63,638 nt of DNA from Rhynchobatus australiae (Eukaryota): positions 13,346,610 through 13,410,247 of the forward strand of contig JAUZTB010000070.1 in assembly GCA_034780895.1 (NCBI GenBank), given 5' to 3'. The notes beneath the pieces were generated by a model. The model was given only the letters and a program-made list of their open reading frames with translations. It made no database searches and had not been told where the DNA came from. How positions within the stretch are numbered: the first letter of the stretch is position 1; each line of letters starts with the position of its first letter. Shown piece after piece: positions 13,163 to 24,860 of this stretch. A program made the position numbers and the translations under genes.

Positions 13163-13700
13163 AGTAGAAGATGCAGGAAGCACCCAGGAGGTCAGGCAAT
13201 GTCTGTGGAAAAAGAAACAGTTAATGTTTTAGCTTGGCAGCTCTTCGTCAGAATCAGGAAAAGTTAGAGTGGTACCAAACAGAAAAAGTGGTGAGAGGAG
13301 GAAAGTCTGTGATTGGGTCCAAGACAGGAGGGTTGAAATGGCAAAAGGGAATGATGTTGTAAGGAGACTGCAGATGAATCCTGATTGGTTGGCCTCCCTC
13401 TGTGCTTCCATGAACTGAACAAACCGTGGTTGACCACAGAAACGTTCCAACGTTCATTTTTGCCTTGCATCATCATTCATTTTGCCATTTAATCTCTCCT
13501 GCCTTCCCCCTGTCACTTTCAAGTCCCCCCCGCCTTCCCCGTGATCTTAAAACTTTGTCTATATTCTCCATATTCAAATCTCTACCTTTTTCCAATTCTG
13601 GTGTAAGATTATTGGCCCAAAATATCAGTTCTGTTTCCCTCTCCACAGATGATGCCCGGTGCCTGCTGAGTGTTTCCAGCATCCACAGTATTTTCTTTTT
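13163..13700. mobile_element. Inverted pair of old Penelope-like terminal repeats just downstream of the ACER1 stop
   Basis: About 13163-13370 is the diverged reverse complement of about 13460-13700. Both carry the tctgtgga/tccacaga and tgctggaaa/tttccagca hallmarks; the left copy keeps CTGACGA on the minus strand. Confidence 0.65.
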
Positions 13701-14769
13701 CAGTTTAACTCCCATTGATGTATACCATGAGTTATTCCAGAAAAAGCTACTTCTGAAAGAATATTCCTGTTTTGCAGGCAGCCATCCTTTGGTAACCTGC
13801 AGGAGGAATGAACTCTAATGAATGTACTGAAATTTTCTGCCCACACTGAACTGAGAGGACAAAACCCAACTCAGGAAAAAATATTTAATTATTGTTGAGT
13901 ACCTCCTGTAGAAATTATGGGAATGGACATCTTTTTAACCACTCTAAAAATGGTTGTTATTATCAACACCTATCACGTAATGCAATGTAGAACTAATGAG
14001 TCAATTAGTAAGTCGGAGTATTGTAAGTCCACATTCAGCTGTGCAGCTCATAGAAGCACAATTTATAACACAGAATGAGGTCGACTGTCCTATTATCTTT
14101 CCACTGTAACATGTCTTAATGTTCCCTTTTTATTCTTTTATATTTCTATTCAAATTTTTACTCAGTTGCACTGTAAGTAATGTTCTCAATAGCCACTCAC
14201 TTATTTGAGCTATTGGCAAACTTTTAATTTTCTAATAATTGTTTTTGTGAAAAAACCTTATCTACTGATATGCTGGCAAGGGGTTGATGATGAAATGGCA
14301 TTCCTGTAAAAACTCTATGGTTCTGTGTTAAATTTGACTCCACGTCCCATTATTATTAATCCACTAGAGTAGAAAAATCTTTCATCATTCTCAACATTTG
14401 TCAAAGCTCAATCCTGCCTTAATCAACCTCTGAACCAGTTGATGACTTTTGTGTATTTTACCAAACTATAACGATAAGACGAACTTAGAATGAATCATTT
14501 GAAACAGAAACTGGAGCATTGTCACAAGGACATAATGTAGGATATGGAGAATTTCTTGGCCACCAGCAGAATACTAGACAAAACCAACCTAGAAAATCAG
14601 AAATCATTGAACAGCAGTTTAAATATAATATATTAACATCTATACAAAGGCCAAGTGTATAACCAGAGCCACTATTTTTGACAATTAAATAGGTTAAGTT
14701 CATGTTTTCCCAAGAATTTGATAGATATATGAGACCAAGAGTACAGCAGAATAATGCTTAAGTTACTGA

Positions 14770-15085
14770 GTGAGCACCCAGATACATGAGTTCAAATTCC
14801 ACAATGACAGCTGGTGAATTTAAATTGAAGTGACTAAATAAATCTGGAATAAGAAGCTATGGTAAACATGAAGCTATCAGACAGTTGTAAAACCCCATCT
14901 GATTCACTAATGTCCTTCAAGGAAAGAAACCCACAGCCCTGATTTGGTCTGGCAAGCTTTGTACCTTGGGGCCCACAATAATATGTTTGACTCTTAACTG
15001 CCCAACAAACCATTCAGGCAGGGGTAATTAGGGATGGACAATAAATTCAGGCCTTGCTGGCGAGGTCCACGTTCTGTGAACGAAT
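14770..15085 (+). mobile_element. tRNA-type SINE-like repeat
   Basis: B-box-like gagttcaaattcc head. Its tail (gggatggacaataaattcaggccttgc) is shared with other repeats in the window, e.g. 48510-48550. Confidence 0.6.
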
Positions 15086-16548
15086 ACTTGTCAATATAAA
15101 TGCAGAGGCATGTTCTAAAGTTGAGCTCTACCCAATACTATATCACTCCACTGTAGGAAAGAAAAGCAAAACTGTTTCCTTCATTTGCAGCAAGACACTT
15201 TCTGAAGGGCCTACAGTTACAGAATCTAGCAGATTGTTTTCTGGGTAAAACTGGGAGTATAATCTTCCAGAAAATGTTGATTTTCGCCACTCAGTTTGGG
15301 GACTGTACAATTCTATATTTCAAACCAGAAAATTGAAATCCCAAAACAGAACATCCCCTTTAACTATGTTTTAACTAAACCAAGTGTATGAGAAGGTACA
15401 GCATCTAGTGTTGGGAGTGTAATCTATACATGCCCGTTTTGTACGGAACTATTAGCAGTGAATGATTTGGCTTTGCACTCCCATCTCTTTCATTTCCTCT
15501 TGGAAGCTACTGGTGAGTGGCCATCTGTGTTCATGTTGCTTCTTAATTGCTTTACAACTTTTAAGAGCCTTCTAAAGGAAGACAAAAGCTTCTGATTCTG
15601 GTCTATATATTCTTTTTCTCCCTGGATCTCTTCCTTCTGTTTTCTTGCCTTTTAAACTCCCCAATCCAATTGACTTGCACAGATTTGCCTTCCTGAGAGA
15701 ATGAAAAGACAATCTTTCCTATGTCATAAAATCCATGAAAGGAAATCGCTTTCTGGGATTAAATGCCCTTTAAAAAGTGGTAATCTCAAGCATACATGAA
15801 ATATTTTGATGAAAGCCATACTTCCCTGGCTAGTTTATGTCTCTTAGTGTCTCTGATCAATCAGCTACAGAGGGCCATAAACCAACTCTATTGTTTATCT
15901 CATGGCTAACTTCACAAACAATTGTGGCCCATCAATCTGTCTCTTGGCCTGCTGTCAGTTTTATGACATGTACAGTTCCTGTGTTGGCCACTTGTTGGTT
16001 CTCTCAAGTGTGATTTCCTGTATCTTGTGTTCTTTAGATCTCAGCCTCCTCAGACTATTGCTATTAACTCTTTAGGGTTTCCTGGAATTCATTACTGGCA
16101 GTTCCACAATTTCAATTTATTTCCCTTTGTAGAAACTGTGACATAGTACTTACTTTGGCACCTTTGCCATTCTCTCAGTCCCCATCACATTTGGTGCCTT
16201 ATCTCTTAGCCCTTCCCTAACTGATTTTACACCTTCTGCTATTTTGCCCAGAAAAGATTGCAGAGTTTTCTGGCATTATCTAAACAGAATTTTGCCTATT
16301 CGTAATATTTCTTGTACATCAAATGTTGGATTTCAACTGAACATTAAATCCAATGGTTTGGGATTAGATTTAACGGTGATGGTCTGAAAAATTAACAGAG
16401 GTGCAGGATCATGGCTGGAGCCTCACAGAAGTCCTGGAAACACCAGATATTCAGGAAGAACCAACCTGAAGAATGAACTTTGATCTATGGTGGCATGGGT
16501 GCATTAGTATGTTTATGGTACAAATAGTAGGAATTTGATGGCTTTATA

Positions 16549-16554
16549 AATAAA
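16549..16554 (+). terminator. Candidate distal poly(A) signal for ACER1
   Basis: AATAAA in non-repetitive sequence followed by T-rich downstream sequence. A proximal alternative ATTAAA lies at 13127-13132. No transcript evidence. Confidence 0.3.
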
Positions 16555-18899
16555 ACAGTTTTATTTAAAATTGTACTTCATCTTGCCAGAGTATTTTTCA
16601 TTCTGTCTCATATAAAGACAGGGAAGGCATGTGCAAGATTATGGTAGCTGGTATGTATGCATGTGAAAGGGTTTCCATTTGGTCTCCATATTATGATATA
16701 GTTTGACTTGATATTGGGCAGTAAAAGTGTACCTCCAGTTAAGGAAGATGTGAGTTCACTGATATTGAGCACCAGAGGATATCTAATGTAAGGCCTCTGA
16801 AATGGTAACTTGATTTGTACCTCTCTTTGTTTAAGCACTTCCCATCAATGATGTTCTACCCTTTATGTCACATCTCTACCCTTCACTTAATCTGAGCATT
16901 TGTCGGATTATAATTTGTCTGATTACATTTAGAAAACTTTAGCATCAACATTTCTTTCTCCTTTAACAACTCAATTACACTGATCACTTGCCAAATGATC
17001 CATTACTCTTCAGTCACCTACTTGCTCCATTAATTATCTCAAATAGTCTTCTGCCTTTGTTGGGGTACATACAGGTTGACTGGAAAAAAATGATTATGTT
17101 TCAATAATTAAAATACTTCTTCAAAGTATTTTTCTAATTTGTCTATAAATTAATTCCTATATTTGAGGACAACTGAAATAATCCTGTCTATATCTCCTCC
17201 ATTTTCCCTCCNNNNNNNNNNNNNNNNNNNNNNNNNNNNNNNNNNNNNNNNNNNNNNNNNNNNNNNNNNNNNNNNNNNNNNNNNNNNNNNNNNNNNNNNN
17301 NNNNNNNNNNNGGCTGGGGTTTCCCTTCCAACACCATCAATGCTGCTCTTACCCATATCTCCTCCATTTTCCCTCCTTGGATGTTGGTGGTTGCCTGGAG
17401 CTCCATATTTCAAAACCTTCAGTCAGTTTTTATCCTTACCACAGTAGGGTGTTGTCTCTTATCAAAAACTGACTCCAATCCTTGGCAGATCTCTGAAGCC
17501 AAATCAGATTTTTTTCAAGTATTATATTAGATCTCAGAAACCACCAGTTTCTACTTTTGTGACATTGTCCAACTCTATCCCAGCATCAGCTGAATCCAAC
17601 CCCAATAAGCTCTCCACAAGCTGATGCAATCACCCTCCTCTTGTGTTCAATGTTGTTGCCAATAATGGCAAGAATCCCATATGTCATATGTGAGCCAGCA
17701 AAGATCTGATGACTGAATAGCCTTTTATATTGTAAAGAAATATGGAAATGTCTTCCTTATCCATCTTTCCCGCCACCTTCAGGGACCTTGAAGTGGAATT
17801 CCATTTCAAACTCCCTTGGTTCCTCCCTATTTTTTATTTTTTGGTTCCCTATAATTTCCTGTGTATTTCCTTGCCTTGCTTGTCCTTTCTAAATGCATTA
17901 ACTCGCACTTCCTCAGATTGAATTTAATTTACTTCTTTTATGCACTTAACAATAATGTCTTCCTCCGACATTGATGTCTTTCTGATCTCTATCAACCATA
18001 TTGCCAATATCATCAGCAAACTTCTTAAACATGGCCTCCAACACTTAAGCCCAAAGATATGTTTTGCAAAGCAAAGGATCACTAACAGCTCTGCAGAAAC
18101 CCACTGCTCTCAGTCTTCCTGTCACCAAAATTCATATTACCCATTATCCTTTGTCTTCACCCACTGAGCCAATTATTAAACTAATTTGGCTCTTCCTCCT
18201 TGACCTTCTTGATCAATTTTCCATTTGAGATTTTGTCGAACACTTTGCTAAAATTTATTTGAACTGCTACTCTTGTCAATCCTCCTTGTAAATTTCTTAA
18301 ACAATCCAATCAAGTTAGTTAGATAGGAACTTTATTTAACAAACCTATGCACTCTGTTTTCAATTAACCTGGACCCTCTGTTGATTTCTATTTTTCCTCA
18401 GAATTTTGTCAATAATTTGCCCAGAACCAATAACTGACTGAATGGCCAAAGTTCTCACTTTCTTCCTTTTTAAACAAACCTTTTCTCCTCATTATCGTTC
18501 CAGTAAATCTACATTACACCCATTCCAAAACTTATTCATTCATCTTGAGATACAGTTCCAAGAACTCAATAAAGTATATTATCAGTAGGGTTCTAACCTG
18601 TGGTATATACAGCTAAAATATAACTTCTACTTTGTGTTTTGCCCAGTAAGTTGTACAAATGGGAGGATAAAATTGTCTTGTCACTAATGGGTTATGTGTG
18701 TGGGCAAAACCGTGCTCTATATGGGTAAATGTGAGATTGGGGACGCATTTGGCAAGAGGTTAGATAGAGGAAGGTAGCCCTGAAAAGATGGGAAAAAGAG
18801 CAAAATGGATTAGGAGAAATAAATAGCACCAGAACAAGTAGTAGAATGTTTTTAGACAGAACCAGATTAAGAGTGAGCACAAGGTGATCTAAAGTGGAT

Positions 18900-19375
18900 T
18901 TGCAGTGCATGTATATATAATAACACAAGAATATAAACAAAGTTTGGTAGCAGCAGGTTTAGTTAACCACACGGGATTACAATGTTGTGGTGATAACAGA
19001 GATCTGGTTGAGAAAAGGGCAAGGATGGGCTATAAAAATTCCTGGTGTTCGGGAAAGCTAGGAAAGGGAAGAAAGGAGGGGGAGTGGAACTATTGATTAA
19101 GGACGATATTGCAGGGCTGGAGAAAGGATGTCCTGAAACGATCAAGGACAGAATATAACTTAGAGTTAAGAAACAAAAGAGATGTGATTACACTACTGAG
19201 ACTATCCTATAGGCTGCCAATTTGTGGGATGGATATTGAGGAACTATTTCTCATGGATATTGCAGAGATGTACAAAAGCTACAGAGTAATGATAATGGAA
19301 GATTTCAGCTATTCATATATGGATTTGGACAGTAGTAACATAAGGGACAATGTGGGGAAGGGGTTTCCAAAATGC
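18900..19375 (+). mobile_element. Decayed CR1 ORF2 endonuclease fragment
   Basis: Remnants of the GGGV, LELRNK, YRxP and IMxDFxY motifs of the CR1 APE domain. Confidence 0.6.
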
Positions 19376-19469
19376 TTATCTCCCTTTTCCTCCTTCTTCT
19401 CCTGTTCCCCGCCCCCACCCGCCTTGTTTCACCCCTCTCCAGTCTCTGCCCCCGTAGCCCCCTCAATCC

Positions 19470-19800
19470 TGCGGCACGCTGCCGCACAGCTCCAGCGACC
19501 CAGGATTTGATCCTGACATTGGGTGCTATCTGTCTGAAGTTTGCACCTTCTCCCCTTCAGCCACATGGGTGTCCTCCGGGTGCTCCGTTTCCTCCCACTG
19601 CCTCGGGGACGTGCTGGCAGACTAACCGGTGACTAAATCTCCCTCCGAGTAGGTTGGTGGTTAGAAAAGAATCAAAGGGGAGCTAACGAGCGTGTATTGG
19701 AGAGAGGAGGTTACATGGAAATAAGTAGGGGAATGGGACTAATAGGACTGCTCTGATGGCTGGCATATACTCAATGGCCCGAATAGCCTCCTTTTATGGC
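19470..19800 (+). mobile_element. V-SINE (HE1-like) abutting the MLLT1 promoter
   Basis: tRNA-like head (cagctccagcgacccaggatttgatcct), V-domain (tgtctgaagtttgcaccttctcccc...ccgggtgctccgtttcctcccac) and a CR1-type tail. Confidence 0.75.
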
Positions 19801-19829
19801 ATTTGAACATATGAAATGAAATAATCCCC

Positions 19830-20470
19830 ATGGCAGACGGAGGGAGGGGCGAACTCCGCTCCTTCCCAATTAATCTGCGCTCCCATTCCACACTTCCGCA
19901 TAAAGGAAGCGCTCAATGCCGGGCGGTGACACAGCAGGAGGAGATACGTCCCGCCCCCCGATCCGCCGTTGATTGGACGGACGGCCAACACGCTCCCGAT
20001 CCCTCCCCGCTTTCCTATGGTCCTTCCAGCCGTCAATCAGCATCCCCACGTTCAGCGGGACAGGCGACGGGAAATCCCGCCTTCCCCGCGGGGATGATTG
20101 GCGCGGTCCCGGCGCCGGGCCCCGCCTCGCCCTCTCTGGATTGGCTGCCGCGACGTTCTGTTTTGGAACGTTGCCGAGTGTCAGTGTAACAAATCGGCGG
20201 TGTTTCCGTTGTGGGAGAAGTCGGCTCGATACAATGCGAATGTGAGTGAGGAGGAGGCTGAGGGAGAGGCAGCGGTGCACGGCAACGCCATGGACAATCA
20301 GGTAGAGGCGCCGCACGCCGGCTTGCAGCCCCGCTTAAAGCAACCTCCCCCCCCACCCCCGCCTTTCCCCTGCCCTGCTGTCTCACATGCATTTCAGCTC
20401 CCGATCCCTCGGGCCTCCTGCACAACCTCAGCGACGCGTACAGCAGCGTGAAAGTGCCCGGTGCTCACTG
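19830..20470 (+). promoter_or_regulatory. MLLT1: CpG-island promoter and first-exon region of MLLT1
   Basis: The only strongly GC/CpG-rich tract in an AT-rich, CpG-depleted window. It has inverted CCAAT boxes (ATTGG at 19972, 20097, 20140), a GC box CCCCGCC at 20120-20126, an ETS-like ACTTCCG at 19892, no obvious TATA box, and it contains the start codon. Confidence 0.85.
20290..20301 (+). CDS. MLLT1: MLLT1 (ENL) coding exon 1, MDNQ
   Basis: Strong Kozak context gccATGG; ATG GAC AAT CAG then donor gtagag. MDNQ is the ENL N-terminus (AF9/MLLT3 starts MASS). Phase 0 joins exon 2. Confidence 0.9.
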
Positions 20471-22039
20471 GTGGAATTTTTTTTTAAAAATCACCACCGG
20501 TTTCGTAGGAAAGTTTTGTTTTATTTAAGTCATAGATCAATGCAGTGTATCAATTGCTGTCGGCCTCTCAGCTAAACTACAGGGAGCTCTGTGCTATAGA
20601 TATAATCTATTTGGGGGATTAGTTGACAGGTACATGGTTGGAAAAGGCTAACTACTGTACATCTTTAAGGAAGGCCATTTACAATCTCTGCAGCCAGGAT
20701 GAGATCCTGAATTTGATTACGTGTTAGGGGGCTGTAGTTAAACATTAGCTGTTAAGGTTCCTGTTTCAATATTCTTAAGGGTTGGAGATGTAGGAGTTGG
20801 GTTTAAAACAAAATTGAGGCAAGGATTTTGTTTATTGGAGAATCGCGACAATATACTTAAGATGGCAGTTACATTTATATAAAAAATCCGCGTATGGAAA
20901 GGCTTCCAGGATGCTGTCTTGCAGCAGTCCAGCATCCTTTATGACATTACAATTATAAATTAGTAATCCACTTTAAGCTATTTCATGAAGCCTTTTCAGG
21001 GAAAGCTTGAAGTACCTAATACTTAAAGCACTGTCCGTATAGGATTGCAAGATTCCTTAATATTTTCCACATTTAAAAACACATGGCTTTCAGTGAAAGC
21101 TTCATAAGCCCCCTCCTCTATTGGTATTCAACAAGTTGACAGTCTTGCAATCCATCTAGATTTTTAAAACAAAAATCTGAGCTATTTTACAAAGCAAACT
21201 TTGGTAGACGTGTAAATACATCTAATGTTTGTTGGGTACCTTTTTGATTTTTGAATTGTTAACCAGCATTTAACCTTTCTAAGATAGTGTACATACTTGT
21301 ATAGTTTAGTACAATGACTAACAACAGTGGCTGCTGGTAAGTTGATTGCTGTGACATTTTAAATTCTTTCCAGTACTGTGCAAACAAATCTCCAGTTGCT
21401 GATACTAATTTTACATGGCAAAGCATATTTGAATTTGGATCAAAGGCATTTATTTTCCAGGTCCTTCTGTAGAACTGTCTATGAAAATATTTATAACAGA
21501 AAACTCCTCCACTTCTCCTGCATTTATTAAATACACATCTTTTCCAGAGCTCAAAATCAATGCCAGCTATGACAAATAGAATGTTTTCTGGGCAGTGATT
21601 TGATCTGAAGGATTTCTTCCTCGGTGAAGTTGACTGTAATCACCTTGTGATGTTGTTAGCCTTGTGTTGTCTCGTCATTTTTCCTCATTGGGACCCACTG
21701 GCCATGACGTAGTCTTTGCATCAAATAATTATGTCGTTTCAATGTCTTTGATAATGTCTTGAAATAAAACTAATTCATTTTGCTCTGCTTTCAACTAGAA
21801 CTCCTTCCTAATTTATAAAGAAGTTTATTGTTTTAGTTGCCTCTTCAAGTGGCCGTTCATTATTTTTGAACATGGGTGATGTCTGTCGACAATCCGGGGA
21901 TTGTTAAGCCTGAACCTGTGGCCACTCAGTGTCTGCTGCTGGCTGATGCGTCCAGCAGAGATTGTTTAAATGCATTTTAAGCCAACCTTTTTTTCTCCTT
22001 TTCAACTAATGTCAGTACTGATTCAGGGATAGCATTTTT

Positions 22040-22455
22040 GTTTCTTGCATCATGAAGTTGTTGATTCAAGCCTTGCTCTGAGTACTTGAGCACATTTACC
22101 AAGCTGGCAGTCCAGAGCAATGTTGAGTGCTGCACTGGAGGTTCCTCATTTTAGATGAGGTGTTAAACTAAGGCTCCATCTGCTTCTCCCTCACCCAGGC
22201 GAGGTGGAGAAGATCCGATAACATTATTTAAAATATTGCAGGAGCAAACACTTGAAGAGGTCCAATATTTATTTTTCAACTCGCATTCAAAATAAATTAT
22301 GTTGTTACTTATTTCAGTGCAGCCAGTGGGATCTTGCTATGTGCATATTTGTTCCTGTATTTCTGTATGTTACGAGAATAAAAGTACTTTAAAAGCATAT
22401 CGTGAACCTCTTGAATATACTGAGGTTCTGAATAACACTATAATAATGCAAGTCT
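22040..22455 (+). mobile_element. Deu-domain SINE (SacSINE1/AmnSINE1-like)
   Basis: gtgctgcactggagg...agatgaggtgttaaactaaggctccatctg...ccaatatttat...gtgggatcttgctatgtgca...aatgcaagt follows the DeuSINE consensus order. Confidence 0.7.
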
Positions 22456-24339
22456 GCCATCTTATGGTGCAAGTGTTTATTTTGATTTAGAGTCTGAAAA
22501 TTTAGAGAGCCCAAGCAATCGTGTCCAAAATTTCCAAATATATTTGTTAGAAGTGAGCGTTTATGGTATTGGTTTGTAAAGATAATAGATTTAGTATTGG
22601 ATTCTCAAACTGGATTACAGCCAGGAACAGATTTTTGCATTTGATTTATGGAACAATATACAGATTCAATAAAATATTCTGGAAAAATAAGAAAATCTGC
22701 AAAAGAAATGGTGGTTTTTGGGGTTTTCTGATTTCAAATGTAACTCTGCTACAATACTGAATTGTAGAATCCCTTTGAATGTTTGTGTTATTAAGCATGT
22801 GTGCTTTAGAGTTGTAGGTTTGATTATACTCAGTTGGGTCTTCCAAAAGTCATGCCTGGGAGCAATTAGTTTCTTGAGACTTGTATGGGGCCAGGAAACT
22901 TGTAATAACCCTTTGACGAATGTTTAAGATTCACTTCACCCTCCCTTTTTTTCCATTTTTCCCTTTTTGAATGAAGGAGTGCACCTAGAGCAAGACTTTA
23001 ATTAGAAGTGAGCTGTGCCATCATGCATAGATTTACAACAGGATGTTTTTGGTATTGCCAACGTTGTAATGTAACAAATGTTTAACCAGTTTTGGGATTT
23101 TCATCCATGGAGGACTTGGGTGAGACTTCATGTTGAAACACTGTTTAATCTGACTAGAGTGCTCTGGATTAAATGTTGGGGATTGTTAGGAGGAGGGAAA
23201 AACAATTGTGTGGTTAAGGCAGACATTATTAGTGATCTCTGACAGTGTGGTGAAGGGACTGGGGGAAATGGAGTTGTAGACTTGTGTGAGGTCCATTGAA
23301 ACTGTCTGATACAAGACATGCTGAAAGGCACCCGGGTGCATGTGCACGCAGTGTGGCTGCTCTGGATAAATGGAACCCCAATGGGCCAGTACTTGTACAG
23401 GAGTGAAGCAGGTGATGTAGAATATATGTTTCACTCTCTTTATTTTAACTTCTGAGCACTTACAACCAAGAAACCCTCTAAGTCTTGGTTTCAGAAGGAT
23501 GAAGCACATTTAAGAACAGAGTGATCAAGTTTACTGGGGAAGGCCGCAGGGCTGGTGTCATTTGCTTCAAGGCCCGCTATTGAACCTTGGTTGGATTCCA
23601 TGATCTCTGAAGATCTGTATACATACACCTCCTGGTCTATCTCTTCTTGAACTCACTTTGAAATTCTGTCATTTAGTTTGTATTGCTCCTCCACATTATT
23701 AGCCTCCAGAATACATCGCTTTTGTTAACTTTCACTTGCTTGTTTTTTGCTCCTTTTCACAGCTTACCTGTGTCTTCCTAAGTCTGTTTCTGTCCCCTTT
23801 GCTGTTTTCTGCAGTTGAATTTTATGCTTTGAAACTTTATCCTGTATGACCAGGTCCTACCATTTAAAGTGCATCAAAAAGAGTAATAGCTGTAATGGTC
23901 CCTGCTGGGGGACAGCCTCCAGTCTGAAAAGCAATTGTTCTCTACTTTCTGTCCCTTAGGCAATTTTCTGTACGTGTAGCCATAGCTTCTGTAATGTAAT
24001 AACTTCAATTTTGTCATCAGGTTTATGGTTTTATTAAATGCTGTTTGAGCATGACATCAGTTGCTCTACCTTCATCAACTCTCTCCAGGACTTCATCCCA
24101 GAAATCAGGGAGCAGAGAAATCTGTTGGGAAGGATGAGACCACAGAGGCATGTGATGAGAAGATGGGTATTTTCCAAGTAAGGTTTTNNNNNNNNNNNNN
24201 NNNNNNNNNNNNNNNNNNNNNNNNNNNNNNNNNNNNNNNNNNNNNNNNNNNNNNNNNNNNNNNNNNNNNNNNNNNNNNNNNNNNNNNGGTTTTGACAGAG
24301 TGGGGTCAGCAAGATGTGACACGCCGGTGAATGAAATTA

Positions 24340-24860
24340 TAAAACAAATACTGCAGATGCTGGAAATCTGAAATTTTAAAAAAGACTGCTGGAAAATGCA
24401 GCAGGTCAGGCAACAACTTTGTAAAAGAGAATGTTTTGGGTCTGGCACCCTTTGTCAGAACTGGGAAAGAGAGAAACAAGTTAGCCTTGGTTGCAGAATA
24501 AACATTAGCAGTGCACTAGACAGACAACTAGCTAACTGTAACATTACTTCACCCCATCAGAGAAATTTCCTATGGAGACAGGAGGCTGCAGGTGCTGGAA
24601 TATGGAGCAAAAAAACAAACTTCTGGAGGAAATCAGCAGGTCAGGCAGCATCTGTGGAGGGAAGACAGTCGATGTTTTGGCTTGAGACCCTGCATCTGAA
24701 ATTCCTTGTGTTTCACCCACCTTCTTTGCTACCAAAAATAAATTGTTTCTCTTTCTTGGTTCTCATGTGGAGTCCCAGACTTGAAATGTTAACTGTTTTT
24801 CTTTCCACAGAATATGAGTGATCTGCGGAGGATTTTCCAGCATTTTTCTGTTTTATTATA
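24340..24860. mobile_element. Cluster of three Penelope-like terminal repeats (two minus, one plus)
   Basis: Units at about 24340-24480 (-), 24575-24705 (-) and 24750-24860 (+), each with the ggtcaggcagcatctgtgga core or its complement and a decayed hammerhead segment. Confidence 0.7.

Noticed and set aside
19794-20575. Several overlapping 60-150 aa ORFs on both strands
   Set aside because: Expected from the scarcity of stop codons in a GC-rich CpG island. There is no recognisable protein apart from MDNQ.
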